A DNA stretch of 64,000 nt from contig JAIQGI010000040.1 in assembly GCA_020072565.1 (NCBI GenBank), positions 8 through 64,007 on the forward strand. Direction: 5' to 3'. This DNA comes from Terriglobia bacterium. Its GTDB lineage: Bacteria > Acidobacteriota > UBA6911. The notes under the pieces were generated by a model that ran no database searches, was not told the origin of the DNA, and was given only the letters and a program-made list of their open reading frames with translations. The translations under genes and the position numbers were made by a program. Numbering within the stretch: position 1 is the stretch's first letter; each line of letters opens with the position of its first letter. This document shows positions 26,329-37,030 of this stretch, piece after piece.

Positions 26329-29238
26329 TCATTGCAGCCTGGCGTATTCGGCTTTGGCTTCCTTCAGGATCGGGATGTCGGGATCTGCGTCCATCCAGAG
26401 TTTGAGGAAATCCTGGTATGATTGCCGACTTCCCATTATGTCACCCGCTAGCCTGGCTGAGCGCGCAAGGTAGAGGTGTGCCAGGGGGTATCGAAACGAG
26501 ACCGGGTCGAGGCCTCGGTTATCCAGAATCTTGCGGAATTCGACTGAGGCTGCTTTGCCGTCACCCAAGGCCAGGTAGGCCTGACCGCGCAAAAACATCG
26601 CCTGGAATCCGGCGGCGCGCTCATATCGCAGCACAGGCTGCAGAACCCGGATGACGGTCCCGTAGTTGCGGCGCTGCAGTTCCATCAAAGCCTGGGCAAT
26701 AGGATAGTTGATCTCATTTTCCACTGTGTCGAGCGGTCGGATCTGTTTTTTCCATTCGTCGGCCAGCGACTTGGCATCGTCCACCTTGCCGCAAAGGGAC
26801 AGAGCATAGAGGGAATTCGCCCGGGCGCCCTCCTTGGATAGAGCCAGCGCTCTTACGGTCTCCTCCGTCACTCCCCCGCAATGGCCGAAGGCGGCCTCTA
26901 CCATAGCTATCTCAGCAGCATAGGACCCTGCGTTGTCTCGAGCGCCGCGCCGCTCTGCCAGATCGGCTGCCTGCAAAAGCAGGGACCGGGCCTTTTTCAA
27001 CTGACCGGAGAAGGCGGCCGCATCTCCCTCCCAAACATATCCGAGGTACTCATCATTCCTTCCTGAAAGCCATTGGATCTCCTGAGACATTCCCCCGGGA
27101 TCCCCGCGAATGGCGGCGATTTGATATTTCACCTCATGCGGCCGAGTTTCGCCGCCCATTTCCTGGGAAAAGATCCGGTTGCATATCTCCTCGGCTTCCT
27201 GGAACCGATTGAGCCGCAGAAAGTATCTGGCCAGATTGCCTGCGAGCACAAGGGATGGCTGGAGGCGATGAGCTTCGCCGGCTTCTGCCAGAGCCATTTC
27301 AATCTGGCCCAACCGGAAGTAGCGGACGGCAAGAGTATTATGAGCTACCGCGTCCTTCGGGTAAGTCTGCTTCCAGAGCTTCGCTGCCTCTATGGCCCGA
27401 TGAAGATCTCCGTTGAAAATGAAGTGATAATAGCATTCGATCCGCAGTCTCTCTCTTTCGCTTACACGCTCCCGCAGCTCGAACGCCCTCTGGATTGCCT
27501 GCCGGCTCAGGTTGCTCTGGAACATGTTGCCGTACGTGGTGGCTAGGGTCGCGTACGCAGTGGCGAAGTTGGCATCCAGCTCCGTAGCGCGCTTGTAGAA
27601 AACGATGGCATCCGCATACTTTCCCTTATCACGGATTTCGTTTCCCATTACGAGGGCTCTCAGGGCTTCCAGCGATGACGTCGTCGCCTGTTCCAGCGGA
27701 GCATTGAATCTTTTCATCGTGCTCAGCGGCTCGCCGAGCTTCCTCCGCAGATTCGCTGCAGCTCTGCGGAGTTGGGGCAAAACCGCTTCTTTGCTTGCAG
27801 CCTCGATCTGCTCCATGACCAGGACACTTCCCGATTGGGGTTCGACAGCCTTTAATTGAATGGCGTACGTGCTTCCCAAGGCCGCGATCGAGCCGCTGAT
27901 CATTGCCTTCAAGCCCTGACGCAGGCAGATCTCCCGCCCGATTTCGTTGCTGATGCGCGTGTCCGCGGGCCGGTCCATGAGTCGCAGCGTTTCCCGCACC
28001 CTGTCATCGGGGTAGATATTCAGGAACGGGGACTCCAGCAAATTGGCCGCCAGTGCCTCTTTGAGCGTCCCATCGAAAACTGAGTCTCCCGTGGTGTTCA
28101 TGAAATCGGCCAGGAGGATGGTGTCCTGCTCGGTGAGCGCGGGGGCGCGCCGGAAATACCAGAGGCCCGCGATGGCCAGAATCATAACTGCAGCGGCCGC
28201 AGGGATGTACCAATTCCACCGTCTCGCTCTGCCTGGGGCCATTGCTGAAACGGCTGTCCCGCCCGCAGGTATGCCCCCGACAGGAGCCGCATCCCCGCTT
28301 GCCGGGGCGGCCGACGCTCCTGTGCCGGGAACAGGCGCGCCGATTGCAGCCGAGCGCCTGGAATCCGAATCCCGCTTCAGGCGCTCAAAATCGGCCCGCA
28401 TGTCTGCCACGGTCTGGTAACGTAGCTTGCGGTCCTTCTCCAGCGCTTTATTGATGATGCGTTCCAGCTCGTCGGGCAGGTCCGGATTAATGCGGACCGG
28501 TGCTGTGGGAGCTTTGTGAAGGATGGCATCGAAAGTCGCCGCCGAAGATGTCCCGCGGAACGGCAGCACGCCCGTTGCCATTTCGTAAAGCACCACACCG
28601 AAAGAAAACAAATCGGTCCGGGCATCCAGCTCCTCAGCCAGCGCTTGCTCGGGCGACATGTAGGCGACCGTGCCGACGGCAGTGCCGGGGCTGGTGAATT
28701 GTTCCTCGGTTGCCTCCATAGTCGCCATCTGCGAAGGCGCCTCCGCCGCTTCACGCCATTCCGCCGCGAGCTTGGCCAGGCCAAAGTCGAGGATCTTGGC
28801 ATGGCCCCGTTTGGTGACAAAGATATTCGCGGGCTTGATATCCCGGTGCACGATCCCCTGGGCGTGGGCCGCATCCAAACCATCGGCAATTTGAATCGCC
28901 AGATTGAGAATCTCATCTGTCTGAAGCGGCTTGCCGAGGATGCGCTGCTTCAGCGTCTTCCCTTCCAGCAACTCCATGGCGATGAAGTCCTGGCCCTTGT
29001 ACTCATCGATTTCATGGATCGTGCAGATGTTGGGATGATTCAGCGCCGAAGCCGCGATGGCTTCACGCCGGAACCTTTCCATGGTGTGTGGATCCTTGGA
29101 CACTGCTTCCGCGAGGAATTTCAGGGCGACGAATCGGCGGAGCTTTGTGTCCTCTGCCTTGTAAACCACACCCATCCCTCCACCGCCCACCTTCTCAACG
29201 ATCCGGTAATGCGAAATGGTCTGGCCGATCTCGGGCAT
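26329..29238 (-). CDS. Ser/Thr protein kinase with one TM segment and a C-terminal TPR-repeat domain
   Basis: Kinase motifs are [32 protein letters not shown] and YMSPEQ. TM helix [22 protein letters not shown]. Long TPR-like C-terminus. I prefer the ATG at 29238 (GGAGG 5 nt upstream) to the ATG at 29277. TATAAT on the gene strand lies at 29292-29287. Confidence 0.9.
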   Translation of the reverse strand: MPEIGQTISHYRIVEKVGGGGMGVVYKAEDTKLRRFVALKFLAEAVSKDPHTMERFRREAIAASALNHPNICTIHEIDEYKGQDFIAMELLEGKTLKQRILGKPLQTDEILNLAIQIADGLDAAHAQGIVHRDIKPANIFVTKRGHAKILDFGLAKLAAEWREAAEAPSQMATMEATEEQFTSPGTAVGTVAYMSPEQALAEELDARTDLFSFGVVLYEMATGVLPFRGTSSAATFDAILHKAPTAPVRINPDLPDELERIINKALEKDRKLRYQTVADMRADFERLKRDSDSRRSAAIGAPVPGTGASAAPASGDAAPVGGIPAGGTAVSAMAPGRARRWNWYIPAAAAVMILAIAGLWYFRRAPALTEQDTILLADFMNTTGDSVFDGTLKEALAANLLESPFLNIYPDDRVRETLRLMDRPADTRISNEIGREICLRQGLKAMISGSIAALGSTYAIQLKAVEPQSGSVLVMEQIEAASKEAVLPQLRRAAANLRRKLGEPLSTMKRFNAPLEQATTSSLEALRALVMGNEIRDKGKYADAIVFYKRATELDANFATAYATLATTYGNMFQSNLSRQAIQRAFELRERVSERERLRIECYYHFIFNGDLHRAIEAAKLWKQTYPKDAVAHNTLAVRYFRLGQIEMALAEAGEAHRLQPSLVLAGNLARYFLRLNRFQEAEEICNRIFSQEMGGETRPHEVKYQIAAIRGDPGGMSQEIQWLSGRNDEYLGYVWEGDAAAFSGQLKKARSLLLQAADLAERRGARDNAGSYAAEIAMVEAAFGHCGGVTEETVRALALSKEGARANSLYALSLCGKVDDAKSLADEWKKQIRPLDTVENEINYPIAQALMELQRRNYGTVIRVLQPVLRYERAAGFQAMFLRGQAYLALGDGKAASVEFRKILDNRGLDPVSFRYPLAHLYLARSARLAGDIMGSRQSYQDFLKLWMDADPDIPILKEAKAEYARLQ

Positions 29239-29336
29239 GCGCGCCTCCGCTGCGGCATGTGATGTTGTGAAAGGCAAATTGAACTTATTATAAAGCAGTT
29301 TTTCCTGGAGTCTTGGCGTTCACGGGATTATTCCGC

Positions 29337-32021
29337 TCATCCGCGCAGCAACTCTGTAAGTTTGGCCCGGAGATCCACGGCGTGCGCGGGGCGACGCGCC
29401 GGATCTCTGGCGAGTGCCGCACGGAAAAATAGCGCCAGACTCTCCTGACAAGCGGGAAGGAACTCGCGAATGTCGGGGATCTTTGCGAGCGAGATCATCC
29501 GCAGAGCTTCCGAGGCCGTGGTGCCCGCCAAAGGGTGTCTTCCCGCGATGGCTTCGAAAAGTACGATTGAAAGGCTCCAGATATCGAAGGAGACATGAGG
29601 CGGTTTGTGGTTTACCGCCTCCGGCGAGAGGTATCTGAGCGTCCCGGCGATGCCATCCCGTGAAATCAGAGAATCCCGGCCCGGCATGGGAACCGTGACT
29701 GTGGTGGAAGATGAGGATGCTTTGATGCCGGCCCGCCTGAGGCGCTGCTCCCCAGGCGCGTCACCCATAATCCGGGCGAGGCCGAAATCCAGCAGTTTCG
29801 GAGTGTAGTCGATCGTGTACCCGATGTTGCTGGGCTTGATGTCGCGGTGGAGAATCCCATTGGAATGGATCTTGTCCAACACACCGGCCAATGTGATTCC
29901 GAGACGGATGACCTCAGCCAGCTCGATGCGCTCCCGCATCAGGCGGTCGGCAAGCGTGCCGCCCTCGAGGAATTCGAAGATCAGTATCGGAATGCCCCGC
30001 CAGGTTTCAGCCCCGAAGATCAGGGCCAGGTTGGGATGCATGACTGCCGCCATCGCCCGCGCTTCGCGGCGCAGGCTGACGGATCGGTCCGGCGACACGG
30101 TCGGGAGGGTCTTGAGTGCGACCGCGCGCTGAAGAGCAAGATCCAGCGCGCGATATACAACTCCCATGCCGCCGGCGCCCACTTCCTTTTCGAGACGGAA
30201 CTTGCCCAACAGGAGATACGGAAGCGAGATCGGCTCCAACTGCCCGCCGCACAAGCTGCAGCGCTCCCCCTGCAGCGGCTGGATGCTGAAGCAGATTCGA
30301 CATTTGGCTGCGCACTCTTCCGCGGCAGATCCGGATTCGCCTGCCATTGACGTCCGCAGTCCCGGAGGAGGCGAAATCGCCGTACCTTGTGAGGAAGTGC
30401 GCGCCAGCCGGTTTTCCAGCACCAGGGCGGCCGAAGCGCCGATCGCACGCAACAGAAGCCGGTCCTCCCTGGAAAAGGGCAGTTCGCTCTTCTTTTCACC
30501 GAGTGCGAGGAGGCCAACTGCCGTCCCGTTGGAGGAGATGATAGGAACAATCAGGCGGAACGCGCCGTCCGCCAGCCATTGCTGGTCTTCCAACGGGAGG
30601 CGCCGCAGCGGAGAATTCACGTCCTCCAGGTCAACATCCAGCGGCTGGGCCCCGGTCTCGATCAGCCCCGGCAGGCGCGTGGTCAAACTCAGCGGTCGCA
30701 CTCTCCCAGAGGAAGGCTTGAACTGGCGATTCGACTCATCCAGAAGGAGAATCGCCAGAGTCTCGACGTGAAGCGCGCAATCAATTTCAGCACTGAGTCG
30801 AGATGCCAGATCCTGGGAACTCCTGGCCTCACGGCAACTGTCGACGAGCGCGGCGAGAATATGGTGCGCCTCATAATGCTCACGAAAGAATCGGCGGTCA
30901 ATCGCATCGAAGACTACTCGCCGAAACCGGTAGGCAATCAACCCCAGCCCGGTTCCGGCAACAAGCTCGAGCGGCCGCCAGCCGGACAGCAGCTTGGTGA
31001 TGGTCTCGTCCCGGTGCCCGTATAGATACGCCAATAACACCATAATCGGGAGCCCGGCAACAGCCAGTATCGTATACCGCGCCAGCGCATATTGGATGGC
31101 CTTGCGGACGATGACTCTGATATCAAGAACATGATGGACCAGGACGGAATAAGTGGTCGTAAACGGAATGGACAGGAGAAAGGGGAAAACCAGAATGCCG
31201 CTGAGGAGCATGGTGGAGCGAACGTACATGCGCTCCCTGAAAGCCGGGATCAACACTTCCAGCAGAGTGATGCTCAGAAGGGGGGCGGAACCGATGATGA
31301 TGCCGGCGATGAAAAGCCCCACCCTGCGGCGCTCCTCGACGCGACCTCGCCGGGCTTTCCAAACGGCAAAAAGCAGCGCCGGCAGTATCAGCGCGAACAG
31401 AACCAGCCAATAATAGTTGTTTTCGGACCTACGGTCCAGGAGCGACGCCAGGAACGCAAACCGGGTTGAGCTGCCGGTGAATAATCCGGTCTCCCACAAG
31501 AAGCTGGCCAGAAACAGGACCGTGCCGGCAACCAATGACAATCTCAGCGCAACCCGGAAAATGCCTCGTGCCGGAACCGGCATTTCCCCTCGTGGAAAAT
31601 CCCGCACAAACAGCCAAAGAAAATAGGCGATGAAGGCGGAAGGCTGCAGTGCGAGGACCGAAGCAATGGCCACATCCGGAATTGCGGGTGCGAGGGTGAA
31701 AAGCCGGTGGATCAGGAAGTCGGCAAATGTGGCCGCGGTGGCAAGAAACACCACACCGAGGTTGACCGCCCTGGAGTCGCGCCTCCCCGCGAAAATCAGC
31801 AGGCCGGCCGCCGTTGCATACGCAAGCACAAGGGCAAAGAAAACACCCGGCGGAAACGGACTCGTGGATGAGGATATCCCTCTGGTATAGCCCCAGGCAA
31901 ATCCGGCTATTCCCACGAGGGCTTTCGCGGAGGCAATGCCTATGCAAGCCCAGGTCCAACGAGACGTGATCAGGTTCGGCGGCCGCAGATCGCTTTGAGT
32001 CGGCTCCCGGCTTCTTTCCAC
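29337..32021 (-). CDS. Polytopic membrane sensor - GAF - zinc ribbon - Ser/Thr kinase fusion (894 aa)
   Basis: About 9-10 hydrophobic helices in the first about 370 aa. GAF-like block (...LAILLLDESNRQF...AVGLLALGEKKSELPFSREDRLLLRAIG...). CRICFSIQPLQGERCSLCGG (CxxC-N11-CxxC). Kinase motifs are GAGGMGVVYRA, VALKTL, HRDIKPSNI and DFGLAR. The GTG start is 2 nt after the upstream stop. Confidence 0.88.
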   Translation of the reverse strand: MERSREPTQSDLRPPNLITSRWTWACIGIASAKALVGIAGFAWGYTRGISSSTSPFPPGVFFALVLAYATAAGLLIFAGRRDSRAVNLGVVFLATAATFADFLIHRLFTLAPAIPDVAIASVLALQPSAFIAYFLWLFVRDFPRGEMPVPARGIFRVALRLSLVAGTVLFLASFLWETGLFTGSSTRFAFLASLLDRRSENNYYWLVLFALILPALLFAVWKARRGRVEERRRVGLFIAGIIIGSAPLLSITLLEVLIPAFRERMYVRSTMLLSGILVFPFLLSIPFTTTYSVLVHHVLDIRVIVRKAIQYALARYTILAVAGLPIMVLLAYLYGHRDETITKLLSGWRPLELVAGTGLGLIAYRFRRVVFDAIDRRFFREHYEAHHILAALVDSCREARSSQDLASRLSAEIDCALHVETLAILLLDESNRQFKPSSGRVRPLSLTTRLPGLIETGAQPLDVDLEDVNSPLRRLPLEDQQWLADGAFRLIVPIISSNGTAVGLLALGEKKSELPFSREDRLLLRAIGASAALVLENRLARTSSQGTAISPPPGLRTSMAGESGSAAEECAAKCRICFSIQPLQGERCSLCGGQLEPISLPYLLLGKFRLEKEVGAGGMGVVYRALDLALQRAVALKTLPTVSPDRSVSLRREARAMAAVMHPNLALIFGAETWRGIPILIFEFLEGGTLADRLMRERIELAEVIRLGITLAGVLDKIHSNGILHRDIKPSNIGYTIDYTPKLLDFGLARIMGDAPGEQRLRRAGIKASSSSTTVTVPMPGRDSLISRDGIAGTLRYLSPEAVNHKPPHVSFDIWSLSIVLFEAIAGRHPLAGTTASEALRMISLAKIPDIREFLPACQESLALFFRAALARDPARRPAHAVDLRAKLTELLRG

Positions 32022-32023
32022 GC

Positions 32024-32461
32024 CTACCCCGCGCGCCCGGACCGTGCGATCTTCGATTTCTCAGTCGGACAGAATTGGGCCCTGGCAGCAAAGTCCGGCG
32101 TCGAGACCAGTCTCCTGATGCGTTCGAGCGCCTCTCCCTCTACTTCCTGTGCCGCCGCCAGAGCCACATCGGCATCAATGGACTCCAGCCCCTCAGCCTC
32201 CACGATAGTCCGTGCCGCTACCCCGACCTTACGCGCGTGGGACATCAGGTATTTGCGTTTCTGGCAATCCTCGAGCAAATCGGGATCGGCGGCAAAGATC
32301 TTCAAAAAATGGGGCCGGTAGCGGTCTTTCAAGGCTGCGACTGCGTCTGTCTCCACTGGCGTGAGTTTGACTCCGAGGCCAAATGCCACCAAACAGAGCG
32401 ATAATACGTCCTCCACATACCCATTCACGTCGTTTCCAGCTCTCGACATCACTTCCTCCAT
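32024..32461 (-). CDS. Hypothetical protein (145 aa), first gene of the kinase operon
   Basis: ATG start. Acidic, helix-rich sequence (…DAVAALKDRYRPHFLKIFAADPDLLEDCQKRKYLMSHARKVGVAARTIVEAEGLESIDADVALAAAQEVEGEALERIRRL…). Its stop is 2 nt before the kinase GTG. No recognised domain. Confidence 0.6.
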   Translation of the reverse strand: MEEVMSRAGNDVNGYVEDVLSLCLVAFGLGVKLTPVETDAVAALKDRYRPHFLKIFAADPDLLEDCQKRKYLMSHARKVGVAARTIVEAEGLESIDADVALAAAQEVEGEALERIRRLVSTPDFAARAQFCPTEKSKIARSGRAG

Positions 32462-33054
32462 GCCTATGCCTTCAAAAGGTGAGAAGCCAAATCCACGCCT
32501 CTACAGGTAAGGGGACCCGTCACTATGTTCTCATCCTGCGCCATCGAAAATCGATCCAGAGCAATGCCCTCGAATCTTGGGTGGTTCAATGGTTCAAAGC
32601 CATCAACCCTCCCGTTGAAGCGGCGGGAGGAACCGCTTGTCGGCTCTTGCCCGGCCCTCTCCGCGTGCACATGATTTCTCCTTGCCCTCAGGCCTCCAGG
32701 CGGCCCGCCGGGCTCGGCGCGCAATCAGTTTCGGCAAGAACTGACGGGAAAATACTTGACGTGAAAGAGATTATATCCTCTCGTTTCAGAAGTTGGCAAT
32801 CTCAATTGCTGCTCAGACGGATTTGCCCTGCATTTCGCAGGAGTCGCACCGTCTAACCTGAATTCGTCATGAAGGAGAACCGCACGCCCGTGAAAAACGA
32901 CAGAATTCGACGCGGACCAAGACCGAACCGTCGGCGTCGATCCGCGTTTTTCCGCGTCCAAAGCTGCATTTGGGTCGCACATTCATGAATACTCCGGGCT
33001 AAAGGCAGACACGTTCCCAAAGCCGGCAGGTTTTCAGCCTGACTGGGAAGAGGA

Positions 33055-34122
33055 CTATGATGCAGGAACCAACTCTCTTTTCATCCAGTAGCTCCCTCCC
33101 ATCACATAAGAACAAAGCGGCATTTCCTCCGAGGAAGACAGAGCTCTGGCAGAGAACTTTTCACCGGTTTCCACTGCGGATTTCTCTATGGACTCAAGCA
33201 AGGCACTCATTTCCGCCAGATAAAACTCAGTTTCCTTCCACAGGAAATAGTAATTGGAAAATAATGTATGAAACATGCTGTTGTTGATCAAAAAAGCCGC
33301 AAGAAAATATTCTTCATTAAAAAACCTCTTGTAATAACGGAAGAAACTCGTCGGATAATCGTAGGGAAGAAAAATGTCATGAAAGTGAATTACGACTCCG
33401 CGTTTCAGCGCGGGAATTATGTCGAAAAAAAGGTAAATCAGATCCGATTGGGACTTGACCACATGCGAGCTGTCAATGAACAAAATATCGTTTTCATTCA
33501 GTTCCTGGAAATACGATAGCGGGACATTCTGCAGCTCATCGATGATAAGTGCGTAATTCGCGGCCGAGATTTTTCTCAAATGATTGTTGAAATTCTGATC
33601 GGGATTCGGCTCGATACAGGAAATCCTGCCGGTCCCGTTCTTGCCCAGCGCCCTGAGGGCGATCAACGTCGACTGTCCTGAGCCGACCTCGATGATCCGC
33701 AGAGGCCTCTCTTTTCGAATTATTGAGTAATACAAATAGGAATCAGAAACGGGAAACATCCCGTTTACCCAGAAAAACTCGGCACTCTTCTCGAGTTTGA
33801 ATGGAACATCCAATAATTCTCTCTGGTAGATCGTCAACTTTGAGAAATACTCCTTTTGTTCTTCAATATCGAAATCCAGCAGCCCGGGATCTACCACATA
33901 TTCCCCTGGAACAGCCGTATCAAGATCCTTCTTGAATGGTATGGGAGAGTAATAATCCGATGCCACTACATTGAATCCCGAATCTTCAGCGATTGGCCAT
34001 ATATCGATGTAATACTGCCTGTTTTCATTACAGTACTTTCCAATAAGCGGAAATATCTTCTTAGCGAACTCAATGCGTTGCTCATGATTCATGGCGTTAA
34101 ACGAACTTTGATAATCTTCCAT
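33055..34122 (-). CDS. Class I SAM-dependent methyltransferase (orphan, AT-rich)
   Basis: Motif I is LRIIEVGSGQSTLIAL, followed by RISCIEPNP and ILFIDSSHVV. 355 aa. Composition is strikingly AT-rich relative to the flanks. Confidence 0.75.
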   Translation of the reverse strand: MEDYQSSFNAMNHEQRIEFAKKIFPLIGKYCNENRQYYIDIWPIAEDSGFNVVASDYYSPIPFKKDLDTAVPGEYVVDPGLLDFDIEEQKEYFSKLTIYQRELLDVPFKLEKSAEFFWVNGMFPVSDSYLYYSIIRKERPLRIIEVGSGQSTLIALRALGKNGTGRISCIEPNPDQNFNNHLRKISAANYALIIDELQNVPLSYFQELNENDILFIDSSHVVKSQSDLIYLFFDIIPALKRGVVIHFHDIFLPYDYPTSFFRYYKRFFNEEYFLAAFLINNSMFHTLFSNYYFLWKETEFYLAEMSALLESIEKSAVETGEKFSARALSSSEEMPLCSYVMGGSYWMKRELVPAS

Positions 34123-34468
34123 GGTTCTGCCTTCGGTTACGGTATTTCCTCTATGGACACAGAAACCGCCATCGCGCCGGCAATGCTAACGAATGGCAGG
34201 GATTGTTTTTCATCGGCGCGAGAAGAATAGCTCCGTTTCAGGTGGAAAAAAAGGGAATAGGCGGAGACGGAAAGCCGTGTCATCAGCTTGCTCTGCACCT
34301 CATTCGAAGGTGGGCCGCAGATATCGATGTGCGCCATCCACTTTTGCTCGGCCGAGGCGGCTCCACTTTTCGGACTGGCCCGCGGCCGATCATTTAACGA
34401 AACCCGCCAAAATTCCTGTTTGCGTCGCGACGAAGTTGCGCCGGCCCCATGGGCCGACAAAAAGTCGG

Positions 34469-35578
34469 CTAGACCGGTGTCGGATCGCGTTCCGAGACGA
34501 TCACGATCTGCATGTCCCGGGCGAGGCTGACGATCCTTTGCACCAGATGGTGGGACAACCAGGGCACCCGCACGCGCTCCGAGGGGCGGGCGAGAAAGAT
34601 CTGCGTAATCTGATTGCGACGCGCGAAATCGACCAGGGCCGGCGCCACGTCTTTGCCCTCGAGGATTCGGGTCTCAATGCGCAGGTTGCGCGCAAAGTTC
34701 AGGTGTCGCTCGATCCGGTCGCGATCGGAATCCGGCAGGCTGCTCAAATCGCCTGACGGCTGAATGGCTACCGCAAAACACTCCGCCGCAAGGAAATCGC
34801 TCATGCGTTTGGCACGGCGTATCAGCATGGCGGTCTGCGGGTCCGCCGTCGCCAGAAGAACGACTTTGTGACGCTTTTGTTGGCCCTCCTGACCTTCCCC
34901 GCTACCCATGCCGCCATCCGCCACGACACGGTGTTCCAACTCGTGGGCGGTCTCACGCAGGGCCAGCTCGCGCAGGGCCACAAGATTCGATTCCCGGAAA
35001 AAGTTCTCCCGGGCGCGTTCAGCCTTTTCGCGGTCGTAGATGACGCCGCGCTCAAGGCGGTGCAGCAAGGCTCGCGGCGTGAGATCGACAATCACTATCT
35101 CGTCGGCCCGATTTACAACCCAGTCGGGGATGGTTTCACGCACGCGTATGCCGGTGATCTGCCGGATCTGGTCATTCAGACTCTCGAGGTGCTGGATGTT
35201 CATCGTCGTCAGGACGTGAATTCCAGCGCTGAGCAATACCTCGATGTCCTCCCAACGCTTCACTCGTTCCGATCCCGGCACATTAGTGTGGGCATATTCA
35301 TCGACCGCACAGATTTGAGGACGCCTGGCCAGAATCGCATCGGTGTCCATCTCCTCGAAGACGGAGCCGCGATACGAGATGGCCTGCCGGGGAACGATCT
35401 CCAGCCCCTCCGTTTTGGCAATGGTGTCTTTGCGCCCATGGGGTTCAAAGTAACCGATGACCACATCAAGATGCTGGGATTTCAGCGCCTGCGCTTCCTC
35501 GAGCATCTTGTAGGTCTTGCCGACCCCGGCTGCGTATCCTATGAATACTTTCAGTTTTCCACGTTCGGTTTCGGCCAT
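34469..35578 (-). CDS. Stand-alone KdpD N-terminal sensor domain + Usp domain protein (369 aa)
   Basis: KLKVFIGYAAGVGKTYKMLEEAQALKSQHLDVVIGYFEPHGRKDT...VDEYAHTN...KRWEDIEVLLSAGIHVLTTMNIQHLESLND...VRETIPD is collinear with the E. coli KdpD N-terminal domain. A Usp-like C-terminal half follows. No TM or kinase domain. Confidence 0.88.
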   Translation of the reverse strand: MAETERGKLKVFIGYAAGVGKTYKMLEEAQALKSQHLDVVIGYFEPHGRKDTIAKTEGLEIVPRQAISYRGSVFEEMDTDAILARRPQICAVDEYAHTNVPGSERVKRWEDIEVLLSAGIHVLTTMNIQHLESLNDQIRQITGIRVRETIPDWVVNRADEIVIVDLTPRALLHRLERGVIYDREKAERARENFFRESNLVALRELALRETAHELEHRVVADGGMGSGEGQEGQQKRHKVVLLATADPQTAMLIRRAKRMSDFLAAECFAVAIQPSGDLSSLPDSDRDRIERHLNFARNLRIETRILEGKDVAPALVDFARRNQITQIFLARPSERVRVPWLSHHLVQRIVSLARDMQIVIVSERDPTPV

Positions 35579-35581
35579 TTG

Positions 35582-36676
35582 CTATTGCGGGAAAATCCGC
35601 ACGTCCATGCCCTGCGAACGACGGATGAGTTTGTCGACCGGATCGCCCCACATGCGCGCCCGAAGGCCCGATTGCTGGGTATGTCCGATGAAGAGTTGCG
35701 TGATGCCTCGCAGCCTGGCAAATTCGAGAAGCGTTTCGACCTGATCCTCTCCCTCCAGAATCTGGATCGCGGCGCCTGCCGCCCGGGCGATGGCCAGCTT
35801 CACTTCGAGCGCCTCGTGATCCGCAGGCAAGAGATTGGGCTGCTTCACATATGCGACGACGGTCTCAGCGTGGAATCTGGCTGCGATGATGCCGGCGGTT
35901 TCGAGCATCTCGCGTATGTTCGCACGTGGTGTCATGCACACAAGGATACGTTCCTGCGTGGCGAACTGCTGTCTGATGCCATGGCGCTTCAGGTACTCAG
36001 TCAACTGATAATCGACGACGTCTGCCGCAAGTACCAATGCCATTTCCCGGAGCTTCAAGAGCTTTTGCGCCCGGATTTCAGCGTCGCCTTGTTCCTCAGG
36101 TGAGCGCTCGAGCGGCTGTTCGGGCGGCGCATCGACAATCTCGATTTCCTCGGCGCTCTTAATGAATGAGATCGGCACCGTCTGGTTCACATGTTTGCCG
36201 GTGATTGCCTCCACCTGCTCCCGCAACTCGTCGATGTATTGGATGTTGATGGATCCGATCACTTTGATTCCGGCCCTGGTAAGGTCCTGGACATCCTGCC
36301 AGCGTGTCGGGTTTCGTAGGCCCGGGGGATTGTCGTAGGCCAGACCGTCAATGAAACAGACGGCAGGGTGCCGGCGAATGATGGCGTCGACATCAATCGA
36401 GGCCCCATCACCGAAGGTCCTGAGAGGTATCACCTCGAGCTTTTTCATCAGCGTCACGACCTCGGAAGGAACTCGTGGCTGGACCGCACCGACGACGACA
36501 TCCTGTCCCCGCTCGTGACGACGCCGAGCTTCGTCCAGCATGCGAAATGACTTCCCGACCCCGGAGGCATATCCGAGAAAAACCTTGAGGTGCCCTCTTG
36601 CGGAAGACTCTTCCTCGTCCTGGACCTCGCGCAGAAGTTCATCGGGCGTCTTACGACCCTTTTCGCCCATAGGCAT
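35582..36676 (-). CDS. Second stand-alone KdpD N-terminal + Usp domain protein (364 aa)
   Basis: HLKVFLGYASGVGKSFRMLDEARRRHERGQDVVVGAV...TRWQDVQDLTRAGIKVIGSINIQYIDELRE... is a diverged paralogue of the gene 3 nt downstream. No TM or kinase domain. Confidence 0.85.
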   Translation of the reverse strand: MPMGEKGRKTPDELLREVQDEEESSARGHLKVFLGYASGVGKSFRMLDEARRRHERGQDVVVGAVQPRVPSEVVTLMKKLEVIPLRTFGDGASIDVDAIIRRHPAVCFIDGLAYDNPPGLRNPTRWQDVQDLTRAGIKVIGSINIQYIDELREQVEAITGKHVNQTVPISFIKSAEEIEIVDAPPEQPLERSPEEQGDAEIRAQKLLKLREMALVLAADVVDYQLTEYLKRHGIRQQFATQERILVCMTPRANIREMLETAGIIAARFHAETVVAYVKQPNLLPADHEALEVKLAIARAAGAAIQILEGEDQVETLLEFARLRGITQLFIGHTQQSGLRARMWGDPVDKLIRRSQGMDVRIFPQ

Positions 36677-37030
36677 TCTCCAGCACGCAACTGCTCACCC
36701 CATGAGGCAAGTATATCCCTTTTCCTTTTAGAAACTCGCAATTCGACACAGTGTGTGGAGTGGCACCTGGCGTATTCGGGGCCCAGTTCTTATAGTGCAC
36801 AGGCTCGTTCTTCACCTCGAATGCATGTTATGCTATGTCCGTTGATTTCAGCGCTCGCTGGCACGCCGGTTTGGAAATCGGCACCCACATGAGTCATGTC
36901 GTACCGGACGCAAATCTGATTCAGGTGGACGACGCGCGAGTCGACGTGTACCAAAAAACTCATAGTCCGGCGGCGTTTCGGGCCTCATGCGCGCGAACGC
37001 AGGCCGGCTTTCGCAATAGCAGGCGGCAAT

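Noticed and set aside
32464-32724. 86-aa ORF ending 2 nt before the 145-aa gene of the kinase operon, as if translationally coupled.
   Set aside because: It has a TTG start, and its second half is rich in A/T-ending and rare codons unlike genuine genes here. It has no motifs. I treated the region as non-coding leader (see findings).
34137-34460. 107-aa ORF directly upstream of the AT-rich methyltransferase, plus small plus-strand ORFs in the same gap.
   Set aside because: The composition is not protein-like (Ser/Arg/Ala runs). There is no RBS or domain, and competing ORFs occupy all frames. It is possibly debris from the insertion event.
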